Assembly: GCA_031119295.1 (NCBI GenBank)
Contig: JAVHYE010000001.1
Coordinates: forward strand, 671 to 64,670
Length of the DNA: 64,000 nucleotides
Direction of reading: 5' to 3'
Source of the DNA: Pedobacter sp.
GTDB lineage: Bacteria; Pseudomonadota; Gammaproteobacteria; Pseudomonadales; Moraxellaceae
Shown: piece after piece, positions 58,101-64,000 of the stretch
How the letters are laid out: each line of letters opens with the position of its first letter
Numbering within the stretch: position 1 is the first letter of the stretch
Position numbers and translations under genes: made by a program
Notes under the pieces: model-generated
Told to the model about the DNA's origin: nothing
Seen by the model: the letters and a program-made list of their open reading frames with translations, nothing else
Database searches by the model: none

Positions 58101-59877
58101 CTCTAATGCCATCGATGATGGTGAGCAAGGTACAAAGTATTTCGCACCTACAGCACGTAGTTGGTGGGATGCCACCCTTGTAGATGGAAATGAAGCTACA
58201 GAAGGCGGTGCTGCAAATCAGCAAAAGCAGGCTTTGAAGGTCTATACAGATAGCGGATCTGCGGGCGCTTTGAGTTTGCTTAATCCTCTATCCCCACCTA
58301 CTGCGATGGGAACAGGTACGGTGGCGTCGGATAATGTCAAATGGATCATGGGCTATGATGTAGACAGCGAAAATGGCCAAGGGCCGACAGGGTTCCGCCA
58401 AGCCATGGGTGCTCCTATCCATCCTCAACCAACTTTGGTTTCTTATGGATCGAGTGATGAAAGCTTCGTAGTTTTTGTCAGCACCAACGATGGTCTTTTG
58501 CACAGCATTAATAATGCTGATGGGTCGCATAATTGGGCATATCTACCCAGTGCTTTGCAGGGCAATATTGGTACCCTGCGTGATAATCCAAGTATGAGTC
58601 CTGGCGAGGCCCCGATTTATGGTTTAGATGGATCGTGGACGCCAGTAACCCTGCAAAGCGGAACACGACTCTTGGTTGGTGGGATGCGTCAAGGGGGCAC
58701 TAACTACTACGCAGTTGAGTTGCCCGCATCTCCTAGTGGTGCTCCCTCTCTGAAATGGATGCTGACCGGAGCTCAGTTGAGTGGCGGCAATACATGGGCT
58801 CAACCGGTTTTTGCGCGCATTCGCGATGCCAGCCACAACGTGAAGGAAGTCTTTATTCTTGGTGGTGGTATGGATAATGATCTATATGAAGCAGGGTCTT
58901 CAACGATCTCTGCGGGTGCTGACAAGGGAGCAGCTGTTTATATAGTTGGCGCTTCAGATGGAGCAATTCTTGCCAAAATCGCTACTGCGAATATGAAGTA
59001 TTCTGTGCCCGGTGCTCCGCGTGTTGTTGATAAGGATGGTGATACTTTGGCGGATCATATTTATTTCGGTGATATGGGCGGACAGCTCTTCCGAGTTGAT
59101 ATCGATAATGCCAAGAGCGCTCCAAAGATCGTCAAGGGGGTCTCTCTGCTTGCACAGCTTGGTGTAAGTGATGGCAGTACCGGCAAGGTTAATGATCGTC
59201 GTTTCTATGAGACGCCGGCTGTTGCTTTTGTAAAGGGGCTTGATAAAAATGGCGTCAATAACATCTATGCTGCTGTTGCAATAGGCTCTGGTGATCGCAA
59301 TTTTCCGAAGAGTAATAAAGATACTCAGGATCGCATGTATGTAATCAAGGATTTTGAGGCTGGGAAAATTGATGCTGTCACTACAAGCCCTGCCTCCAAG
59401 CATGTGAATTTGAGTGATCTAACATCGAGTGCTACAACAGATAACACCAAGGCGGGTTGGTATATCAATATTCCGCGAACTGGCGAAAAAGTTCTCTCGT
59501 CGCCTTTCATATTTAGCCGACAGGTGACGGATAGTTCTACGGGGAAAACTTCTCTGGTATATGAGGTTTACTTCAACTCTTTCCGTCCGGATGTTGTATC
59601 TGCCTCATGTTCGCCTGTTGTAGGTAGCACATCAGCTTGGATTGTTAATCTGTTTGATGCTTCAGCCCGGAAGGTGACTAATGCTAATGGAACTGTCACT
59701 GAGTCTCGTTATGTGGATAGCGTAGTTAATGGCATATCGGGTAGTGATGTTGGGTTGATTCGTGGTGATGAGCTGAAGCGAATTACCGGGACAAAAACTG
59801 ATACGGCAGGAAAGCTGCCGCCAGGTCTTGGCGTATACAAGCGCACGCGTTGGTTTGATAATCCCAATGCAAATTAA
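55141..59877 (+). CDS. pilY1: Type IV pilus tip-associated adhesin PilY1, unusually large (1578 aa)
   Basis: ATG at 55141 after SD ggagg. Signal peptide ...SPVYA|DD. vWA MIDAS LIDTSGSM (55288-55302) and the distant IIVLTDG...TYTIGFG. C-terminal PilY1/PilC domain with Ca-loop DKDGDTLAD (59029-59055) and YFGDMGGQLFRVDI. Confidence 0.88.
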   Translation: MRSFKKTSYAMLAFFYMFSATSPVYADDSEIYMGGTSSAAGNPNVLMLIDTSGSMKWNMTNDKTASDTNNARYTHLKKAVEKILSTLPGNIRVGLARYNEDAQGGRIIYPLTILDAPAGSNSDGSQSRSFQIKNPATDDVQQTGAAGSTMVTNGTTLTVGGIDTSVVMTAASDGSVQCNTATAPLPYVGSASSIKGLYIGNHPTKVGTTFCQSNLGLRFTNIPIPPGATIGSAKLILTHAGETTAAPSGWTGTTDSDVPLSFKVAIQNTGSTTAAKTFSATAGSADLVNGSGRAYETTKVNASLANEEFTSDGDIMSIDVTSLVQTRVSATSTWDATDATKRALVFRVEGNSGDGGVVTTVQCTKTNWFGQCTQTSTITTDAPKIRRIYGFHDTPAYAPKLVLSYIAAGTSNTVGVRFSGVDIPKNATINSAYLQVTAAVDSSTQGPAASFALATDALDATYSNSLPLNTTNHLYSSRWGSEGTTINPSAWTKDQSYQLDVKQLLQSHVNYSGYCGSTDVTGNNAVGFRVRALDNTGARTIYSYDGDPAKAPRLVVNYTAPTSGSCVQLRRSYSVSGSANDASQTGTNNNVLNEEKVTLGSSNRVGMRFEGFAIPQGAEIVEAVLTLTPANSTASALTVKAMDTNDQAVFVNNASKLSNMALTTASATWTPASWSSGVASNSVNLKSVVQAVVNRSGWVSGGALGLMLTGGGSQIYMADTTSASRRPTLVVIYKSTNANDGISTARQVLIDTVNGLDFPSNTPLNESYYETALYMMGQSALYGRAYDPTVGSYLKYPNSAPAMNSANLYQSPVGEASCQSSNIIVLTDGAPTADDDNPSLGAGTCNSPFACMKKTARYLAETGRNGFGIKTYTIGFGPVADKNNSSFSQTAYDGLDETAAAGQGEFFFATDGDALAASFQAIFARISDSNGTMAAPGVAVSQLNRSQHLDQLYFGVFKPKTQKRWPGNLKRYRYDDNTGKIVSYITGSNAIDDGEQGTKYFAPTARSWWDATLVDGNEATEGGAANQQKQALKVYTDSGSAGALSLLNPLSPPTAMGTGTVASDNVKWIMGYDVDSENGQGPTGFRQAMGAPIHPQPTLVSYGSSDESFVVFVSTNDGLLHSINNADGSHNWAYLPSALQGNIGTLRDNPSMSPGEAPIYGLDGSWTPVTLQSGTRLLVGGMRQGGTNYYAVELPASPSGAPSLKWMLTGAQLSGGNTWAQPVFARIRDASHNVKEVFILGGGMDNDLYEAGSSTISAGADKGAAVYIVGASDGAILAKIATANMKYSVPGAPRVVDKDGDTLADHIYFGDMGGQLFRVDIDNAKSAPKIVKGVSLLAQLGVSDGSTGKVNDRRFYETPAVAFVKGLDKNGVNNIYAAVAIGSGDRNFPKSNKDTQDRMYVIKDFEAGKIDAVTTSPASKHVNLSDLTSSATTDNTKAGWYINIPRTGEKVLSSPFIFSRQVTDSSTGKTSLVYEVYFNSFRPDVVSASCSPVVGSTSAWIVNLFDASARKVTNANGTVTESRYVDSVVNGISGSDVGLIRGDELKRITGTKTDTAGKLPPGLGVYKRTRWFDNPNAN

Positions 59878-59883
59878 CAGCTC

Positions 59884-59916
59884 CTTGGGGTCGGCTACGC
59901 CGGCCCCAAGTTTTTT
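59884..59916 (+). terminator. Intrinsic terminator between pilY1 and pilE
   Basis: CTTGGGGTCGGCtacGCCGGCCCCAAGtttttt: 12-bp stem (one G-U pair) plus T6. Confidence 0.75.
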
Positions 59917-59943
59917 GGTGTGCAGAAGAGAGATGGAATCATC

Positions 59944-60381
59944 ATGAAAAAGCAAGTAGGCTTCAATTTGATTGAGTTGATGATTGTGGTTGCTGTGATA
60001 GCTATTTTGGCTGCAATTGCGGCTCCGAGGTACCAGCGAAATGTGGTAAATGCGAACAGAGCCTCGGTGCAGGGGGATTTGCAGTCAGCAGCAGCTGCTA
60101 TGGCTGCATATCGTAGTCAGAATTTCACGTATTCAGGGGCTACTTTGCTTGGGTCATCTGGAGTTCTCAAAAACCCAAGTTCGGCTCCTTATAATCTTGC
60201 CTTTTCTACTGGAGCAACAAACACAGCTGCGCAGACTTATATTATTTATGCAACTCCTAAGTCGGGCTCCCGACAAGTTGGTAATGGCGCATTGGGTATT
60301 AATCAAAATGGCGAGCGTTGCTGGAACAAGTCTAGTGATACTACCTGTACGCCAGGAGATAGTGGCCAAGCATGGGATTAG
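59944..60381 (+). CDS. pilE: Type IV pilus minor pilin PilE
   Basis: 145 aa from the ATG at 59944 with the prepilin motif MKKQVG|FNLIELMIVVAVIAILAAIAAPRYQ. Confidence 0.8.
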   Translation: MKKQVGFNLIELMIVVAVIAILAAIAAPRYQRNVVNANRASVQGDLQSAAAAMAAYRSQNFTYSGATLLGSSGVLKNPSSAPYNLAFSTGATNTAAQTYIIYATPKSGSRQVGNGALGINQNGERCWNKSSDTTCTPGDSGQAWD

Positions 60382-60383
60382 TG

Positions 60384-60935
60384 TTAGCGACATTCTATTG
60401 GCTCGCCTTTGCGCAGGTCTCTGATTCCATCTCCGTCCAAGTCTTCCGCAAGCCGCGCACGCCCTGATTTGTTAATGATTAGGGCGTGGGCAAAATGTTG
60501 ATCATTGTCATCAGGGCAATAAACAAAGGTTCCATTCTGGGCAAGAGTAAGGCCATTACTTTGCATTTCCAGAAAATTGTCTTGTCGGAATGATCGCCAT
60601 TCAATGCTCCCTTGCTCCAGAGGGGCATATGTGCTGATGATGGCTGCTCCACTATTTGACCTGCCTACAAAAGTGATCAATTGCCCCTCCCATTTCCCTT
60701 CGCATGCTTTGCCATTCGTAACTGGGCATAATGTTGCAGCACTTCGGTGGCTTAATGCTAGTCGTCTTATTTCTTGTGTTGCCATAACCATGCGATTGAT
60801 GGCAGCTTTTCCTCTTTCTCTTTTTATTAGCGTATTAACACTACTGATACTTGCCCCAAGTAATATCGAAAGAATGCTGAGGGTTATGGTCAGCTCAAAC
60901 AGTGTTTGGCCTTTAAGATTACAGTGTTGGCGCAT
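60384..60935 (-). CDS. fimT: GspH/FimT family minor pseudopilin
   Basis: 183 aa with the prepilin motif NLKG|QTLFELTITLSILSILLG and a GspH-like body. Convergent with pilE (2-nt gap). Confidence 0.75.
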   Translation of the reverse strand: MRQHCNLKGQTLFELTITLSILSILLGASISSVNTLIKRERGKAAINRMVMATQEIRRLALSHRSAATLCPVTNGKACEGKWEGQLITFVGRSNSGAAIISTYAPLEQGSIEWRSFRQDNFLEMQSNGLTLAQNGTFVYCPDDNDQHFAHALIINKSGRARLAEDLDGDGIRDLRKGEPIECR

Positions 60936-61032
60936 GGCAAATCAATTTGCAAGGTGCGGTTGGTGAGTATCCATAATCGCTAGCGAGTTCTGACATTGGA
61001 GATTATTGGCTTGGAGTGTGGGAAATCGGCCG

Positions 61033-62133
61033 ATGAAAGTAGTGATTATTGGCGGTGGTGTGATGGGCTTGATGACTGCGCGCTTGCTTGCAAAGGCGGG
61101 CTGTGAGGTCGTGTTGCTCGAAAGAGGACAGATAGGTCATGAAGCTTCATGGGCGGGGGGGGGTATTGTTTCCCCGCTCTATCCTTGGCGCTACTCGACT
61201 CCTGTCACGGCATTGGCCTCTGTTGCGCAAAAAGCTTATCCATTGCTAGCCGAAGAGCTGATCGCTGAAACGGAGATTGATCCTGAGCTGACTGTTTCTG
61301 GCTTGTTGATGCTGGATGCGGATGATGCACGTGATGCCGAGTCTTGGGCACTGATTCAAGAGCAGGAGATACAGCGTTGGGGGGGCAATGCTTTGCGGTC
61401 TCGCATGCCTGGGCTTGCTGCAGGTTGGCAGGAGGGCTTGTGGATGCCTGCCATTGCCAATATCCGTAACCCGCGCTTGCTCAAGGCCTTGCGTCGTGCG
61501 CTGGTGCTCGAGGGGGTAATGATCTACGAGCAGGCAAATGTTCGTAGTTGGCAATACTCGGGGGGGCGAGTTCTGGCTGCTGTTGCGGCAGACGGATGCG
61601 AGTATGAGGCGGATGTCTTTGTGATTTGTGGTGGGGCTTGGAGCAATGAAATTTCTGCACAAGCGCATACTGCTCCATTAGCGGTACGACCAGTACGTGG
61701 TCAGATGCTTCTTTATCGCCTTGAGCCCGGGGCTCTGCCCTGCATGGTGATGGCTGCGGGGCGTTATGTGATTCCGCGACGAGACGGGCACATCTTGTGC
61801 GGCTCTACGCTTGAGGAGACAGGTTTTGACAAGTCGACAACGTCAAATGCTCGCTCCAGTCTGATTGTATCAGCAGAGCGTTTGTGGCCCGCTCTGGCTG
61901 GGTTGGAGCCTTTAGCGCATTGGGCAGGCCTGCGGCCTGCTGCTCCCAATGGCATTCCTTTTATCGGTCGGGTGCCGGACCGCGACAATCTCTGGGTCAA
62001 TGCCGGTCATTTCCGCAATGGGCTTGTACTAGCGCCGGCATCTGCACAATTGCTTGTGGATCAATTGCTGGGACGGGCGACCCAGCTGGATGCAAGACCT
62101 TATCAGTTGCCCTCAGCATTGCCTGTGCACTGA
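61033..62133 (+). CDS. thiO: FAD-dependent oxidoreductase, glycine oxidase ThiO-like
   Basis: 366 aa from the ATG at 61033. Rossmann motif MKVVIIGGGVMGLMTARLLAKAG and C-terminal GHFRNGLVLAP. Same slot between fimT and pilR as the D-amino-acid-oxidase-like gene I recall in P. aeruginosa. Confidence 0.8.
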   Translation: MKVVIIGGGVMGLMTARLLAKAGCEVVLLERGQIGHEASWAGGGIVSPLYPWRYSTPVTALASVAQKAYPLLAEELIAETEIDPELTVSGLLMLDADDARDAESWALIQEQEIQRWGGNALRSRMPGLAAGWQEGLWMPAIANIRNPRLLKALRRALVLEGVMIYEQANVRSWQYSGGRVLAAVAADGCEYEADVFVICGGAWSNEISAQAHTAPLAVRPVRGQMLLYRLEPGALPCMVMAAGRYVIPRRDGHILCGSTLEETGFDKSTTSNARSSLIVSAERLWPALAGLEPLAHWAGLRPAAPNGIPFIGRVPDRDNLWVNAGHFRNGLVLAPASAQLLVDQLLGRATQLDARPYQLPSALPVH

Positions 62134-62134
62134 A

Positions 62135-63514
62135 TCATTTCTCATCATCTTCTGCGCCGTCGTCCAGGCCCATTTTTTTCAGGCGATAACGCAAGGAGCG
62201 AAAGGTCATGCCCAGTTTTTTGGCGGCCATGGTTCGATTCCAGCGTGTTTCTTCCAGTGCTTTTAGGATGGCCCCCTTCTCGATTTCAAAGAGATAATCC
62301 TCCAGCGAGCCGCCATGATTTTCTGCCAGTGCGGATGCTGAAGGGGCGGGATTACGCCGTTCGCCGTGTGCAAGGTTGTCCGGTAATTGCAGATGCTCGG
62401 GCTGTATGCTGCCGTGGTCGCAAAGCGTGAGCGCGCGCTCCAGAATGTTTTGTAGTTCGCGTACATTGCCCGGGAAACTGTAGTTGCGAAGCGCATTACG
62501 GGCGGTGGTGTTGAGCTCCGGCTCCTCCAATCCCCAATCACGGCTCAGGCGCTTGAGGAAGGTTTGTGCCAGATAAAGGATATCGTCGCCACGCTCACGC
62601 AGCGGTGGCACTTTCAGCTGTATGACATTGATGCGATAGAACAGATCCTGACGGAAGCGACCGGCAGCAACTTCGGCAGCGAGGTCTTTGTGGGTGGCGC
62701 TGACAATGCGCACATTGACAGGAATTTCTTTTGGACTACCAACGGGGCGGACACTTTTTTCTTGGATGGCGCGCAGCAATTTCACCTGCATGGGTAAAGG
62801 GAGATCGGCAACCTCATCCAGAAAGAGTGTGCCTTCATTTGCTGCCTGAAACAGGCCTTGTTTGTCTTCAGTGGCTCCCGTAAAGCTGCCCTTCTTATGA
62901 CCGAAGAACTCACTTTCCATAAGTTCGCTGGGAATGGCTCCGCAGTTCACCGGAACGAAGGGTTTGTCTCCGCGTGGACCCAGTTCATGTATTAAGCGTG
63001 CGACCAATTCTTTGCCGGTACCGGATTCACCACTGATATAGACAGGTGCCTGGCTGCGTGAGAGCTTGCTGATTTTTTGCTTGAGTTCTTGTACGGAAGG
63101 CGAACGTCCCAGTAGGCGACTGTCTTCAGGGAAGTCATTCGTATCAGGTTTGAGGCGCAGTGCGGTATTGACCATGTCGCGTAGGCGCGCCAGCTCTACC
63201 GGTTTGGAGACGAAGTCAAAGGCGCCAGCTTTCAGGGAGGCAACGGCTGCTTCCGTACTGCCATAAGCTGTGATCACGGCCACAGGCAGATTGGGATATT
63301 CCTTTTGTATCGTCTGCACCAGCGTGATGCCGCTGCCATCGGGCAGGTTCATATCTGTCAGGCAAAGCTGGAAGTTTTCCTTGCGCAGCCAGGCTGTGGC
63401 TGCCTCCAGGCAGTCAGCACTGCGGGCATCAATCTGCATGCGCGCCAAGGTAATTTCCAGCAGTTCGCGGATATCGGGTTCGTCGTCAACGATAAGGGCC
63501 AGGGGATTGGTCAT
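62135..63514 (-). CDS. pilR: Sigma-54-dependent response regulator PilR
   Basis: 459 aa. Receiver domain (LIVDDEPDIR...LTDMNLPDGSG), AAA+ domain (GESGTGKEL, the GAFTGA-equivalent KGSFTGA) and a C-terminal Fis-type HTH. Confidence 0.92.
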   Translation of the reverse strand: MTNPLALIVDDEPDIRELLEITLARMQIDARSADCLEAATAWLRKENFQLCLTDMNLPDGSGITLVQTIQKEYPNLPVAVITAYGSTEAAVASLKAGAFDFVSKPVELARLRDMVNTALRLKPDTNDFPEDSRLLGRSPSVQELKQKISKLSRSQAPVYISGESGTGKELVARLIHELGPRGDKPFVPVNCGAIPSELMESEFFGHKKGSFTGATEDKQGLFQAANEGTLFLDEVADLPLPMQVKLLRAIQEKSVRPVGSPKEIPVNVRIVSATHKDLAAEVAAGRFRQDLFYRINVIQLKVPPLRERGDDILYLAQTFLKRLSRDWGLEEPELNTTARNALRNYSFPGNVRELQNILERALTLCDHGSIQPEHLQLPDNLAHGERRNPAPSASALAENHGGSLEDYLFEIEKGAILKALEETRWNRTMAAKKLGMTFRSLRYRLKKMGLDDGAEDDEK

Positions 63515-63531
63515 ATCCGGCTCGTCTCTTC

Positions 63532-64000
63532 TCAGCTTAATCGGTCGGGGTGGGCAAAGGTGATACGGAAACAGGCGCCATGTTCGCGCGCAATATAGTC
63601 CAGTCGCGCCTGGTTGGCTTCACAGATTTCCCGGGACAGATACAGGCCCAGCCCGGTTCCGGTTGCTTCGGTCGTGAAAAAAGGCTCGAACAGATGGGCC
63701 TGCTGCTCTGCCTTGATCCCGGGACCGAAGTCGATGATATCCAGATAAGGCTGTCGGTTCAGCTCCAGCCATCCTCCCTCGATCAGGACGCGTGGCTTGC
63801 CGGAGTGCTGCAGGCTGTAGCGCAAGCCATTCATGACCAGATTGTGTACAACCTGGTGTAGCTGTCGCGGATCGAAACGTATCACCATTTCCTTGTCTTT
63901 CAGTCGTATGCCGATTTCAGCAGGCTCGGGCTGGTGTAGATACTCCTCGCGGAACTCCAGCAGCCATTCCTGCAAGGCAAAGCGCTGAGCCAGCGAAGGC
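63532..64000 (-). CDS. pilS: Sensor histidine kinase PilS, C-terminal part (5' part lies outside the window)
   Basis: The frame stays open to the window edge; the track M at 63975 is an internal TTG. HATPase_c boxes VHNLVMNGLRY, DFGPGI and GTGLGLYLSREI. 17 nt upstream of pilR. Confidence 0.85.
   Translation of the reverse strand, partial: PSLAQRFALQEWLLEFREEYLHQPEPAEIGIRLKDKEMVIRFDPRQLHQVVHNLVMNGLRYSLQHSGKPRVLIEGGWLELNRQPYLDIIDFGPGIKAEQQAHLFEPFFTTEATGTGLGLYLSREICEANQARLDYIAREHGACFRITFAHPDRLS

Noticed and set aside
59878-59943. Search for a pilY2 gene between pilY1 and pilE
   Set aside because: The spacer is only 66 nt and is occupied by a terminator hairpin, so no ORF is possible.

Overview
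This is a 64-kb, almost fully coding chromosomal segment from a GC-rich gammaproteobacterium (roughly 55-63% GC by hand counts of single lines). From memory, the gene order closely follows Pseudomonas-type chromosomes: aroQ-accBC-prmA-dusB-fis-purH; the coxB-ctaD-cox11-coxC-SURF1-ctaA-cyoE oxidase cluster; ispB / rplU-rpmA-obg-proB; and rpsT / murJ-ribF-ileS-lspA-fkpB-ispH / minor pilins / thiO / pilRS. I call 61 protein-coding genes (purH and pilS are cut by the window edges), one tRNA-Pro(CGG), 11 intrinsic terminators and a few promoter/operator candidates. I saw no rRNA, CRISPR array, IS/transposase, integrase or prophage genes. I could not recognise a clear, self-contained novel multi-gene system; most of the window is housekeeping. 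Items most worth a second look: (1) a 1578-aa PilY1 whose vWA domain is split by about 700 aa made of three tandem repeat modules, sitting in an AT-richer minor-pilin island; (2) a 4-TM membrane-anchored cold-shock-domain protein that is a close paralogue of a nearby soluble Csp; (3) a LemA + M48 metallopeptidase pair with a long helical C-terminal extension; (4) a 731-aa dihaem cytochrome c lipoprotein divergent from a TetR gene, with two TGACA-N2-TGTCA palindromes between them; (5) a dsbD reduced to two TM helices plus the gamma domain; (6) three poly-G tracts inside the thiO-like gene. The ORF track shows GTG/TTG starts as M, so several starts below were re-chosen by reading the sequence.
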